DNA of 64,000 bases from Candidatus Daviesbacteria bacterium (GCA_016187035.1 JACPKL010000005.1:199150-263149); one strand, 5' to 3'; numbered from the stretch's first letter, positions 9,968 through 19,643 are shown. Notes: a model not told the origin generated them from the letters alone. Translations and numbers: made by a program.

Positions 9968-10981
9968 ATGCGTGTAGGAATGGATATTTCACAACTTGCA
10001 CATAAGGGAGGAGTAGTTACTTATACATTGAATTTAGCACAGCAGCTTTCTAGAGTTGAAGATTTAGATATGGTTTACTTTTTTTCTTCCCTAAGAAAAA
10101 AAGCCCCTCTTAATATTGATGGGAATATCAAAAAATTTTATCTACCTTCTACGCTTTTTGAAATGCTTTTTAATAAATGGAGAAATATACCAATTGAGAG
10201 ATTTATTGGAAAAGTGGATATATTTCATTCTTCTGATTGGATTCAACCTCCGTCTAGGGCTAAAAAAGTCACTACTTATCATGATGTTATTCCTCTAAAA
10301 TACCCGCAATGGTCCCACCCAAAAATTGTTGAAGTTCATAAGCGAAGGTTGAAATTAGTTGAGGATGAAATTGACATGGTGATTGCTGTTTCAGAAACCA
10401 CAAAAAAAGACTTGCTTGAAGTTTCCAGGATACCTGAGAAAAAAATTACTGTTATTTATGAAGGATCTACAATATCTAATAGCGTTAGAATCCAGAGTGA
10501 GGCTGAACTACGAAGATTTAGGGAGAAGTATAAGCTACCGGAAAGGTATATCCTAGCTATAGGAGGAGTAGGGGAAAGAAAAAACTTAAAAAGGGTGAAA
10601 GATGCTTGCCGCGGCTATAATTTGGTGATTGCAGGTGTTACACTCCCTTGGTTGAATATAGAAGAATTAAAGCTGCTTTATGCTTCTGCTGAGGTTTTGC
10701 TTTATCCGTCACTTTATGAAGGATTTGGTTTGCCGATATTGGATGCTCAAGCTTATGGATGTCCTGTTGTTACTTCTAATGTTTCCGCTATGCCTGAGGT
10801 AGCTGGAAAAGGCGCTATATTGGTAAACCCTTATTCAATTGAGGATATAATTAGAGGGATTAGGCAAGTTAAGGAAATTAGGGAAGAGGTTATACAAAAG
10901 GGTTTTGAGAATGTAAAAAGATTTTCCTGGGAAAAGTGTGCAAAAGAAACTGTAGAGGTGTACGGGAGGCTGATGAGATGA
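9968..10981 (+). CDS. GT4-family glycosyltransferase
   Basis: YEGFGLPILDAQAYGCPVVTSNVSAMPEVAG and [10 protein letters not shown]. Its C-terminal third is a close paralog of 50588..51754. Confidence 0.85.
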   Translation: MRVGMDISQLAHKGGVVTYTLNLAQQLSRVEDLDMVYFFSSLRKKAPLNIDGNIKKFYLPSTLFEMLFNKWRNIPIERFIGKVDIFHSSDWIQPPSRAKKVTTYHDVIPLKYPQWSHPKIVEVHKRRLKLVEDEIDMVIAVSETTKKDLLEVSRIPEKKITVIYEGSTISNSVRIQSEAELRRFREKYKLPERYILAIGGVGERKNLKRVKDACRGYNLVIAGVTLPWLNIEELKLLYASAEVLLYPSLYEGFGLPILDAQAYGCPVVTSNVSAMPEVAGKGAILVNPYSIEDIIRGIRQVKEIREEVIQKGFENVKRFSWEKCAKETVEVYGRLMR

Positions 10982-12108
10982 ATATCTGGATAGATGGGTA
11001 TGAAGCAAATGAATCCCAAAGACTTGGGTCCTCACAGGTAGCTTTTGAGCTGATAAAACATTTTGAAAAAATAGATAAGCAAAATACATATACAGTTTTG
11101 TTGCCGGGTAAACCTTTATATGATTTGCCTAAAGAAAGGAATGGATGGAGATATAAAGTTCTAAAACCTAAAAGACTTTGGACTAAGGTTGCTTTACCTT
11201 TGTCGTTGTATACTGCGAAACTGAAACCTCAAGTATTTTTTTCACCAACACATTATATTCCAAGCTTTTCACCCTCATCAGTTAAAAGAATAGTAACTAT
11301 ATTTGACTTATCTTTCCTGTATTTTCCAAAGATGTTTAATAAAAAAGATCTTTGGCAACTGATTAGTTGGACTAAATACTCCGCTTTGAATGCAGATCAT
11401 ATTATTACGATTTCTAATTTTTCTAAAAAAGATATTTGTGAGCAATACAAAGTTGATAAAAGTAGGGTTACAGTAGCTTATCCTGGATATGATAGAGATA
11501 AGTTCAAGGTTCAAGGTTCAAAGTTCAAAGTTGATGAAACTAAAAATAAATATAATTTAGGAGATAACTATAACTACATTATATATATAGGGACCATACA
11601 GCCTAGGAAAAATCTAATCAGATTAATTGAGGCAGTTTCACGGATAGATAATTTAGCTTTGGTAATTGTTGGTAAAACTTCAGGTGAAGGCAGAGGGGGT
11701 TGGATGTATGAAGAGACTTTATCAGCACCACAAGAATACGCAGTAGCAGATAGAGTTAAATTTTTGGGCTTTGTACCTACAGAAGATTTACTTTATTTAC
11801 TCTCTGGCGCTAAAGCGTATATTTTACCGTCACTTTGGGAGGGTTTTGGCATTCCGGTTTTAGAAGCGATGGCTTGTGGAGTGCCAGTAATAGTATCCAA
11901 TGTATCATCATTACCTGAAGTAGTTGGCAAAGCAGGACTTTTGATTGACCCTTATTCTGTTTCGCAGATAGAACAGGCAATTAGGACTGTTGTCACTGAT
12001 AAAAAATTGCAAAGTAAATATTCAAAAGCAGCTTTAGAACAAGTAAAGAAGTTTTCCTGGGAAAAAACAGCCAAGGCTGTTTTAAAAGTATTTGAAAACT
12101 TTGCTTAG
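10978..12108 (+). CDS. GT4-family glycosyltransferase
   Basis: WEGFGIPVLEAMACGVPVIVSNVSSLPEVVG and KFSWEKTAKA. The ATG at 10978 has GGGAGG 11 nt upstream and overlaps the upstream stop (ATGA). The track start at 10936 was rejected. Confidence 0.85.
   Translation: MNIWIDGYEANESQRLGSSQVAFELIKHFEKIDKQNTYTVLLPGKPLYDLPKERNGWRYKVLKPKRLWTKVALPLSLYTAKLKPQVFFSPTHYIPSFSPSSVKRIVTIFDLSFLYFPKMFNKKDLWQLISWTKYSALNADHIITISNFSKKDICEQYKVDKSRVTVAYPGYDRDKFKVQGSKFKVDETKNKYNLGDNYNYIIYIGTIQPRKNLIRLIEAVSRIDNLALVIVGKTSGEGRGGWMYEETLSAPQEYAVADRVKFLGFVPTEDLLYLLSGAKAYILPSLWEGFGIPVLEAMACGVPVIVSNVSSLPEVVGKAGLLIDPYSVSQIEQAIRTVVTDKKLQSKYSKAALEQVKKFSWEKTAKAVLKVFENFA
11504..11538 (+). repeat. Heptanucleotide tandem array TCAAGGT x2, TCAAAGT x2, TGATGAA inside a GT4 gene
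   Basis: Read directly. Encodes KFKVQGSKFKVDE. Confidence 0.9.
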
Positions 12109-12109
12109 T

Positions 12110-12146
12110 TTGGACTATTAGGACAACATATCCAAGGACCGTCCCC
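12110..12146 (+). repeat. Family-A repeat copy A1 (core AAGGACCGTCCCC at 12134-12146; left part diverged)
   Basis: Shares the invariant 11-mer AGGACCGTCCC. Intergenic, 45 nt upstream of the acetyltransferase ATG. Confidence 0.7.
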
Positions 12147-12191
12147 AATGTGTTTGCTTATGGAAGACTATATCCAATATAATTAGTTGAT

Positions 12192-12794
12192 ATGGTGTTC
12201 ATTAGAGATCGGATGGGAAAACCTTTAACTATGACTGAAGTATCTGTAAAGGTTGTTAGCAGGGTGTTTAATTGGATTTTGGATTTGGAGTTAATGATCT
12301 TAATATGGGTTGGTTTGGTGCCTTCTCATTTATTCCGTTTGCTACTTTATAGAATGGCTGGAATTAGAATAGGTAAAGGTTCAAGAATTCATACTGGAGC
12401 AAGATTTTTCTATCCTGCCAATATCAAGATAGGTCAGGATTCTATTATTGGAAATGATGTTTTTTTAGATGGCAGGGCAACTATTAATATTGGTAATCAT
12501 GTAGATATTGCCTCTGAAGTGATGATTTATAATAGTGAACATGATATAAACTCTGAGGATTTCCATGCCACAACCGGTTCTGTTACTATTGAAGATTACG
12601 TTTTTATAGGCCCTAGAGTAATTATTTTACCGAATGTGAGAATTGGTAAGGGAGCAGTTGTGGCTGCCGGAGCAGTGGTTACTAAAGATATTGATGAGTA
12701 CTCAATAGCGGGTGGAGTACCTGCGCAAATAATAGGAGAAAGGAAACTCAAAGACTTACATTACCAGCTAGGAAGAGCGCGGTTATTCCAATAA
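12192..12794 (+). CDS. Hexapeptide-repeat (LbH) O-acetyltransferase with N-terminal hydrophobic segment
   Basis: Repeated [LIV]-G-x-x-x-x hexads (IGKGSRIHTGARF..IGQDSIIGNDVFL..IGNHVDIASEVMI..IGKGAVVAAGAVV), as in WbbJ/WcaF/Mac-type acetyltransferases. Confidence 0.8.
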   Translation: MVFIRDRMGKPLTMTEVSVKVVSRVFNWILDLELMILIWVGLVPSHLFRLLLYRMAGIRIGKGSRIHTGARFFYPANIKIGQDSIIGNDVFLDGRATINIGNHVDIASEVMIYNSEHDINSEDFHATTGSVTIEDYVFIGPRVIILPNVRIGKGAVVAAGAVVTKDIDEYSIAGGVPAQIIGERKLKDLHYQLGRARLFQ

Positions 12795-12795
12795 A

Positions 12796-13338
12796 ATGAA
12801 ACAGGTTTTCATCTTTTTCTCAGCAGTGCTTTTAATATATATGCTTTGGCCTGGGCCTAGTAAAATCTCTGATTTTAGAGCGCTCCCAAATTCAGACAAA
12901 TCTACTTTGGAAGGAGATACGATTCAGATTCCTAATGTGGCCGGGTATTTTTCAGATAATTTCAGGAATTTTGTAGTACCTTTCTATTCAAAAGATTATA
13001 AAAATTTAAACCATTTCTTTTTCCCTCCGCTTAAGTTAAACCATCCGCCTGAATATTCCTGGATAGCCATAAAAAAACATACAGATTCAACGTACCTTGA
13101 AGAATTGATCTATCCTCTCAGAAGTTCTTTATACGTAAATGGTTTTGAACCGTTTTACGAAGACGGAACTCCTAAATTTTGGGGTTCAGTCAGAGTTGAA
13201 GTAAACAAACATAACTGGTATACCAAAACTACTTTGCGATTTTACCCTGCAAAATTGATAGTCAGAATTTTAGTTTGGGCAGCAATTGTAACTTCAATTT
13301 ATTGGCTTTTTAAGTTAGGAAAGAAAATTGTGGTTTAA
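12796..13338 (+). CDS. Hypothetical membrane-anchored protein
   Basis: N- and C-terminal hydrophobic helices. No recognised motif. Tightly packed in the operon. Confidence 0.5.
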   Translation: MKQVFIFFSAVLLIYMLWPGPSKISDFRALPNSDKSTLEGDTIQIPNVAGYFSDNFRNFVVPFYSKDYKNLNHFFFPPLKLNHPPEYSWIAIKKHTDSTYLEELIYPLRSSLYVNGFEPFYEDGTPKFWGSVRVEVNKHNWYTKTTLRFYPAKLIVRILVWAAIVTSIYWLFKLGKKIVV

Positions 13339-13339
13339 C

Positions 13340-14755
13340 ATGAATAAGCTCAACATTAATAATGTATTATTTTTTCTGATACTTTTTCTTTTTGCCTTTA
13401 TTCCTTTATACCCAAAATTTCCATTAATCAATATTAAAGGAACTTTTGTAGCAATAAGAATAGAAGACTTTATTATTGCTTTAACTGTGGGGCTCTGGTT
13501 TATCTATTTAATTTTATCAAACCAGCTAAAAGCTTATTTAAAAGATAAATTAAATCAGGTTATTCTGCTGTTTTTCATGATTGGACTTGCTTCAACCTTT
13601 TCTGCTATTTTTCTTACCTCAAGCGTTACGCCTCATTTGAGTATACTTCATCTACTTCGCAGGGTTGAATTTATGGCGCTTTTACCAGTTGTAGCTGCTG
13701 TTTCGACAACTCAGAAAAGGTTTATCTGGGTACTGATTGTTCTTGCTTCGACCATTTTTTTGACAAATATCTATGCATTGGGACAACAATATTTAGATTG
13801 GCCAGTGATTTCTACTACCAATTCCGAATTTTCAAAAGGATTAATTTTAAGATTAACCCCTGGAGCCAGAGTAAACTCCACTTTTGCAGGACATTATGAT
13901 TTTGCAGCCTTTTTGTCTATGGCAATAGTTACTTTAACTGCTCTTTTTTTCGCAGTAAAGAAAATAATAAGCCCTTTAATTGTTTTACTGGGAGGACTAT
14001 CTTTAGCTGTTCTGATAATGACAGCGGCTAGACAATCATTTGTGGCTGCTTTGATTGGTATAACCTTAGCTTTAATTCTTTCAAAAAAGAAAAAGTATAT
14101 CTTGTTAATTGTGATTGTAGTAACGGGAATACTTATTCTGCCTTCACAGCTTCGTGATAGATTTGTTTCAACAGTTACAGTTAATTTTCTAAACTTAGGA
14201 CAAAGATATCAGGGCAGAACAGATGATCAAAAAGCGAGAAGTAAATTAAATATTCCTACGTTGGCAGTAAAAACATCGAGTACATCAGCAAGTACTTCGA
14301 CTTTCGCCTCACCTTCTGGTTTGGTCGCTACTGATATAACGCCTGGTGAGCCAATTGACACTACACAGCTAGGAGTATACAGGTCATTTCAGATTAGATT
14401 AAATATTGAATGGCCTAGGGCTATCAGAGCTTTTATTAAAAATCCCTTACTTGGAACTGGTTATTCTTCTATTGACATAGCCACGGATAATGATTTCTTA
14501 AGGTCTGTAGGTGAAGTAGGTATTTTGGGGACTTCAGCTTTAGTTTTGATTTTTATTGAGACTGGTAAGAGAATATTATCCGGAGTGAAGAAAAATAATA
14601 TGCTGCTTCGTTATTTTTCAGCCGGAGTTTTCTCTATGATGATTGCATTTATTGTTAATGGACTTTTTATTGACGTATTTGAAGCCTCTAAAGTAGCCTC
14701 AATTTTTTGGATGATGTTAGGGTTGAATTTAGGATTGTTAAAATATTATGAATAA
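13340..14755 (+). CDS. O-antigen ligase/polymerase-like (Wzy_C-type) polytopic membrane protein
   Basis: At least 10 hydrophobic helices with a large Ser/Thr-rich external loop. The architecture and context fit the WaaL/Wzy family. No single diagnostic motif checked. Confidence 0.5.
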   Translation: MNKLNINNVLFFLILFLFAFIPLYPKFPLINIKGTFVAIRIEDFIIALTVGLWFIYLILSNQLKAYLKDKLNQVILLFFMIGLASTFSAIFLTSSVTPHLSILHLLRRVEFMALLPVVAAVSTTQKRFIWVLIVLASTIFLTNIYALGQQYLDWPVISTTNSEFSKGLILRLTPGARVNSTFAGHYDFAAFLSMAIVTLTALFFAVKKIISPLIVLLGGLSLAVLIMTAARQSFVAALIGITLALILSKKKKYILLIVIVVTGILILPSQLRDRFVSTVTVNFLNLGQRYQGRTDDQKARSKLNIPTLAVKTSSTSASTSTFASPSGLVATDITPGEPIDTTQLGVYRSFQIRLNIEWPRAIRAFIKNPLLGTGYSSIDIATDNDFLRSVGEVGILGTSALVLIFIETGKRILSGVKKNNMLLRYFSAGVFSMMIAFIVNGLFIDVFEASKVASIFWMMLGLNLGLLKYYE

Positions 14756-16220
14756 AGCTTTTCTCAATATATGGAATCTGTTAAAGTCGCAATATTTTTG
14801 GCTTATTATTATTCTATTATTAGCGTTGGCTGCCAGACTTTATAAGATAGACAGTCCTATTGCTGATTGGCATTCTTGGAGGCAAGCAGATACTGCAGCA
14901 GTAACTAGAAATTTTGTCAAAATGGGTTTTAATCCATTTATAACTTATTATGATGATATGTCAGGGGTGTCAGAGATACCAGTTGTTAATCCCAACCGTT
15001 TCCGTTTTGTAGAGTTTCCCATTTATAACATAGTTACTTATCCTATTTATTTGTTCTTTGGAATTGAGGATAAATACTCACGATTAGTATCAGTTATATT
15101 TTCTTTAGGCAGTATTGTTTTTTTGTACCTTATTTGTAAAAGATATTTTGGAGCTAAAGTTTCTTTATTGACAGCGTTAATCTATGCTTTGCTGCCTTTC
15201 AATATATTTTTTTCCCGTACTACCCTGCCAGAACCGACTTTTTTGTTCTTTGCCTTAGGAATGATGTATTTTGTTGATAAGTGGATATGGGAGGGTAAGG
15301 GAGTTTGGGGAAGTTTAGGGTTTTTATTTACAGCAATAGCTTTTTTAATTAAACCTTGGGCAATATTTTTTACACCTCCTTTAATTTATTCTCTGTTGAG
15401 TAGATTTAGATTAGCTATTCCTAAAAAGTTTTTTTTACTTGCCTTAGCACTTCTGCCATTTATAGTTTGGAGGCTATGGATATTACAGCAACCTGAAGGG
15501 ATTCCGGCATCTGGTTGGTTGATGAATGGAGATCATATCCGTTTCAGACCAGCATTTTGGTGGTGGTTAATTTCTGAAAGAATAGGCAGAGAAATCTTAG
15601 GAGCTACAGGTTTAGTGCTTTTTGTCATTGGACTGTTGATTAGATCAAAGAAAGGATACTTTATGCATATTTGGCTTTTATCAAGTTTTCTATACTTTGC
15701 AATTTTTGCAACAGGTAATATTAGACATAATTATTACCAGTATATTTTTGTGCCAATTGCGGCTGTTTTTTTAACCCAGGGATTTATCAATCTGCTTTTA
15801 GGAGTGAGAGAATTTATACCAAGAATTTGGACAGTTAGTCTAGCATTACTTCTTTTACCTTTGTCATTTTATTTTAGTTGGACTCAAGTAAAAGGGTTTT
15901 ATCAAATTAATAACCCTGTAATAATCGAAGCAGGTAAAAAAGCTGACCAAATTTTACCAAAAGAGGCTATTGTTGTGGCACCATATAATGGAGATACAGC
16001 TTTCTTATATCAAACAAATAGACCTGGATGGCCAGTATCAGCCTTACCATTACCTGAGCTAGTTGCTGATTATGGTGTTACCCATTATGTATCTACTACC
16101 AGAGACGATAAAACAAATTGGGTACTAAGACATTTTTCTGTTTTAGAAGATAACCCTAAATTCGTTGTTGCTGACTTGACTAAAATAACCAAGCCTTTTA
16201 ATGATGATCCAGAACCATAA
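14748..16220 (+). CDS. Polytopic GT-C glycosyltransferase (ArnT/PMT_2-like)
   Basis: N-terminal IADWHSWRQADTAAVTRNF loop motif, then multiple TM helices and a soluble C-terminal domain. Confidence 0.6.
   Translation: MNKAFLNIWNLLKSQYFWLIIILLLALAARLYKIDSPIADWHSWRQADTAAVTRNFVKMGFNPFITYYDDMSGVSEIPVVNPNRFRFVEFPIYNIVTYPIYLFFGIEDKYSRLVSVIFSLGSIVFLYLICKRYFGAKVSLLTALIYALLPFNIFFSRTTLPEPTFLFFALGMMYFVDKWIWEGKGVWGSLGFLFTAIAFLIKPWAIFFTPPLIYSLLSRFRLAIPKKFFLLALALLPFIVWRLWILQQPEGIPASGWLMNGDHIRFRPAFWWWLISERIGREILGATGLVLFVIGLLIRSKKGYFMHIWLLSSFLYFAIFATGNIRHNYYQYIFVPIAAVFLTQGFINLLLGVREFIPRIWTVSLALLLLPLSFYFSWTQVKGFYQINNPVIIEAGKKADQILPKEAIVVAPYNGDTAFLYQTNRPGWPVSALPLPELVADYGVTHYVSTTRDDKTNWVLRHFSVLEDNPKFVVADLTKITKPFNDDPEP
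15289..15320 (+). repeat. In-CDS G-tract module, canonical G4 motif (GGGaGGGtaaGGGagtttGGGGaagtttaGGG)
   Basis: Five G3-4 runs. Encodes WEGKGVWGSLG in the second ArnT-like protein. Confidence 0.85.
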
Positions 16221-16229
16221 TTATTTAAG

Positions 16230-17417
16230 ATGAAGATTTTAATGCTAACTCCGTATCTTCCATATCCGTTACTTACAGGAGGGCAAACTAGATCATACAA
16301 TTTAATTAAAAGGTTGTCTTCCCTGGGGCATGAGATAACTCTTTTTAGCCTGGTTAAAAGTAATGATGAAAGAAAGTATGTTGGAGAACTTGAAAAATAT
16401 TTAAGCGAAATTAAAGTTTTTAGCAGGTCTGAGAAGCCCTGGACTATAGAAAATATTCTGAAAACAGGATTTTCCTTTTATCCTTTTTTAGTAATCAGAA
16501 ACTGGGCGAAAGGGGAGCGGTCTGCTATTAAGAAGAAACTGGAAAGTGAAAATTTTGATCTTATTCACGCAGAGACTTTTTATGTTATGCCTCATATTCC
16601 GAAAACCAACGTACCAATGTTGCTGGTTGAGCAAACTATTGAGTATCTAGTTTATCGTCATTTTGTAGACGAGTTTAAATTTCCTTTAATGAAACAATTA
16701 TTATATTTAGATGTGGCAAAGTTAAAATATTGGGAACTAAAGTATTGGAATAGGGCGAAAAAGGTAGTGGCAATGTCCCAAGAAGATAAAAAGTCAATGT
16801 TGGCCCAAATCCCAACACTAGATGTAGATATTGTGCCTAATGGAGTAGACAGTGCGTTTTTTGGTCAAAAGATCAAATCCAGATTAGCGAATCCAATTAT
16901 ACTTTATCTAGGTAATTTCACATGGTTACAAAATAGGGAAGCTGTAAATATTTTGATTAATAAAATTTGGCCTGAAGTTAAAAAAAGAATTCCAGTTTCC
17001 AACCTCTGGGTTATAGGCAAGGAAGCTAAAGGATTTTTTTCGAAATTAGAATCTGAGGATATTCGGGTAGATGAGGTGTCAGATGTAAGGGAAGTTTATC
17101 AGCAAGCTTCGGTGTTAGTAGCACCTATTTATGGGGGCGGAGGAACAAGATATAAAAATCTAGAAGCTTTTGCATCTGGTTTACCAGTTGTCACTACCTC
17201 TATAGGTATCAGGGGTACTACAGTAAAGGACGGTCAGGAAGTTATTATCAGAGATGATCCTCAGGGTATTGCTGATGCTGTGGTGGAACTGTTAACTAAT
17301 AAAACTCTCTATAACACAATCGCAGATAAGGCAAAGAAAATGGTTAAAGAAAAGTACGATTGGGACCCGATTGCCCTAAGCTTAAGCCAAATCTATCAGG
17401 AATTAGGAGAAAAGTAG
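16230..17417 (+). CDS. GT4-family glycosyltransferase
   Basis: MKILMLTPYLPYPLLTGGQTRSYNL N-terminus and GGGTRYKNLEAFASGLPVVTTSIG C-terminal motif. Confidence 0.85.
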   Translation: MKILMLTPYLPYPLLTGGQTRSYNLIKRLSSLGHEITLFSLVKSNDERKYVGELEKYLSEIKVFSRSEKPWTIENILKTGFSFYPFLVIRNWAKGERSAIKKKLESENFDLIHAETFYVMPHIPKTNVPMLLVEQTIEYLVYRHFVDEFKFPLMKQLLYLDVAKLKYWELKYWNRAKKVVAMSQEDKKSMLAQIPTLDVDIVPNGVDSAFFGQKIKSRLANPIILYLGNFTWLQNREAVNILINKIWPEVKKRIPVSNLWVIGKEAKGFFSKLESEDIRVDEVSDVREVYQQASVLVAPIYGGGGTRYKNLEAFASGLPVVTTSIGIRGTTVKDGQEVIIRDDPQGIADAVVELLTNKTLYNTIADKAKKMVKEKYDWDPIALSLSQIYQELGEK

Positions 17418-17421
17418 ACTT

Positions 17422-18540
17422 ATGAATATTGTTATTGATTGTCGGATGTATTCTGAGTCTGGTATTGGCAGGTATATCAGGAATTTGGTTTTCCAACTTC
17501 AACAGCTAGATCAGAAAAATCTATATTATCTTCTTTATTTAAATAAAGAGTATAAAACTTTACAGCATCGCTCTAATTTTAGAAAAGTTTTAGCTGATTT
17601 TAAGTGGTACGGAGTAGCAGAACAAATTAAGTTACTTGGGTTACTTAGGTCGCTTAAACCTGATCTTGTGCATTTCCCACATTTTAATACCCCCTTTTTT
17701 TACATAGGGAAATATATAGTGACGATTCACGATTTAATTCACCAGCATTTTTCTATGAAAAGGGCAACTACCCATGGATCAGTAATTTATAAAATTAAAC
17801 AAGCAGGATATAAAATTATTTTTAAAAACGCTCTGTTTAAATCTGCAAAAATCTTAGTGCCTTCGCAATTTGTTAAAGATCAATTAATCGGAGATTGGCA
17901 AGTCAATACAGAAAAAATTATAGTAACCCCAGAAGCAGTTGATAGTAATATCAAATATCAAATATCAAAGATCAAAGATGAAATGGTATTGAAAAAATTC
18001 AATATTAAGAAACCTTATATTTTTTATGTAGGGAACGCTCATCCTCATAAAAATATTGAGGGGCTAATCAGGGTATTTATGGTACTTAGGGAAAAGTATC
18101 ATAGGCTGCAGTTGGTTTTATCAGGACATGATCATTATTTTTGGGAAAAGATAAGAAAGAACAACAAACACAAAGATATTATTTATACAGGAAAAATAAA
18201 TGATGAAGAATTGGTTGTATTATATAAAAATGCTAAATGTTTTGTTATGCCTTCTTTTGAAGAAGGGTTTGGAATACCTATTCTAGAAGCAATGGCTTGC
18301 GGTTGTTGTGTTGTTTCATCTAATAAAGGAGCTCTGAGTGAAGTGGGGGGGGATGCAGTTGTTTATTTTGATCCTTATAATGCGGAAGACATGATAGAAA
18401 AAATCGAAAGCGTATTGAAATCAGATAAATTAAGACAGGGTTTAATAAAATTAGGTTATGAAAGAGTTGGTGGGTTTAGTTGGGAAAAATTAGCAAGACA
18501 AACTTTGGAGGTATATGAAAGTAGCTATTGTACACGATGA
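17422..18540 (+). CDS. GT4-family glycosyltransferase
   Basis: EEGFGIPILEAMACGCCVVSSNKGALSEVGGDA and GFSWEKLARQ. Contains a 7-nt tandem array and a G8 tract (see findings). Confidence 0.85.
   Translation: MNIVIDCRMYSESGIGRYIRNLVFQLQQLDQKNLYYLLYLNKEYKTLQHRSNFRKVLADFKWYGVAEQIKLLGLLRSLKPDLVHFPHFNTPFFYIGKYIVTIHDLIHQHFSMKRATTHGSVIYKIKQAGYKIIFKNALFKSAKILVPSQFVKDQLIGDWQVNTEKIIVTPEAVDSNIKYQISKIKDEMVLKKFNIKKPYIFYVGNAHPHKNIEGLIRVFMVLREKYHRLQLVLSGHDHYFWEKIRKNNKHKDIIYTGKINDEELVVLYKNAKCFVMPSFEEGFGIPILEAMACGCCVVSSNKGALSEVGGDAVVYFDPYNAEDMIEKIESVLKSDKLRQGLIKLGYERVGGFSWEKLARQTLEVYESSYCTR
17951..17985 (+). repeat. Heptanucleotide tandem array TCAAATA x2, TCAAAGA x2, TGAAATG inside a GT4 gene
   Basis: Read directly. 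Same 2+2+1 architecture as 11504-11538. Encodes IKYQISKIKDEM. Confidence 0.9.
18345..18352 (+). repeat. Poly-G tract (G8) inside the GT4 gene 17422..18540
   Basis: gtG GGG GGG Gat encodes V-G-G-D in the conserved SEVGGDA segment. Confidence 0.95.
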
Positions 18541-19594
18541 TATTGTTCAGTGGGGGGGAGCAGAAAGGATACTGTTAGGTCTTTGTGAGATTTACCCTGA
18601 GGCATCTATTTTTACTTCTGTGTATGACTATACAAACGAAGAACTTCGCAAAAGATTTGGAAATAAAAGAATAATTACTTCATTTTTACAAAAAATTCCC
18701 GGATGGAGAAACTTATATAAAATTTTATTACCCTTGTATCCGCTTGCTTTTGAAAGCTTTAATTTTGATCAGTTTGATTTGGTAATTTCCCATACTACTC
18801 GTTTTGCAAAAAGCATTATTACTAAACCTGAAACTAAACATGTATGCTTTTGCCATACACCGCCTAGGTTTTTATGGCATTTTTCAGATGCAATAAATTA
18901 CGGTTTTGGAGAATTATTGCTGACAAAACTTCGTTTATATGACCAGATATCATCAAGGAGAGTAGATTATTTTTTGGCTGGTTCTAAAAATGCTGAAAAA
19001 AGAATTAAAAAAATTTATCATCAAGATTCAAAACTAATTTATCCATTTATTGATTTAGACAGATTTAATTCTATAGAAAGCTTTGATGGGGGGTATTTTC
19101 TAGTCATTTCCAGACTAAATAAATATAAAAGAATAGATTTAGCTGTTAAAGCTTGTTTAAGCTTAGGGTCATCTTTAAAAATTATTGGAGTAGGACCCCA
19201 ATTGGATAGATTAATTGATTTAGGAGGTGTTAAAGGAGTGAGGGGTGTTGAATTTTTAGGTAATTTAAGTGATCAAATGGTAATTAATGTTTTGGCTGGA
19301 TGTAAGGCATTAATAATTGCAGGTATAGAGGATTTTGGTATTACCTCAATTGAGGCACAAGCTTTAGGAAAACCTGTAATAGCTTATGGATATGGAGGAG
19401 TTTTAGAAACAGTTATTGAAGGTAAAACAGGAATATTCTTTTACAAACAAACAGTTGAAAGTTTAATGTCTGCTATAAAAAGAATAGATTCAGTGAGAAT
19501 AAATGGAGAAGATTGTAAAACGAATGCTAAGAAGTTTAGCAAAAAATTATTTTTTAGTAATTTTAAACAAGCAATAACTTCCTCAATTACTTAA
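18515..19594 (+). CDS. GT4-family glycosyltransferase
   Basis: MKVAIVHDDIVQWGGAERIL N-terminus and EDFGITSIEAQALGKPVIAYGYGGVLETV motif. 26-nt overlap with the upstream gene. Confidence 0.8.
   Translation: MKVAIVHDDIVQWGGAERILLGLCEIYPEASIFTSVYDYTNEELRKRFGNKRIITSFLQKIPGWRNLYKILLPLYPLAFESFNFDQFDLVISHTTRFAKSIITKPETKHVCFCHTPPRFLWHFSDAINYGFGELLLTKLRLYDQISSRRVDYFLAGSKNAEKRIKKIYHQDSKLIYPFIDLDRFNSIESFDGGYFLVISRLNKYKRIDLAVKACLSLGSSLKIIGVGPQLDRLIDLGGVKGVRGVEFLGNLSDQMVINVLAGCKALIIAGIEDFGITSIEAQALGKPVIAYGYGGVLETVIEGKTGIFFYKQTVESLMSAIKRIDSVRINGEDCKTNAKKFSKKLFFSNFKQAITSSIT
18552..18558 (+). repeat. Poly-G tract (G7) near the 5' end of the GT4 gene 18515..19594
   Basis: tGG GGG GGa encodes W-G-G at codons 13-15. 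Confidence 0.95.
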
Positions 19595-19604
19595 ACTTTT
19601 CCTT

Positions 19605-19633
19605 TTGACAATGGATTTCTAAAAACGTAAACT
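19605..19633 (+). promoter_or_regulatory. Possible sigma70-like promoter (TTGACA-17-TAAACT) upstream of the priming transferase
   Basis: Hexamers at 19605-10 and 19628-33, 10 nt before the ATG at 19644. Confidence 0.4.
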
Positions 19634-19643
19634 AATAGAACCG

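Noticed and set aside
12128-12177. An 8-bp direct repeat ATATCCAA (12128-35 and 12170-77) flanking the family-A core, as a possible target-site duplication.
   Set aside because: The conserved part of the repeat family extends to the left of the core, outside the supposed duplication, and the other copies show no comparable flanking duplication.
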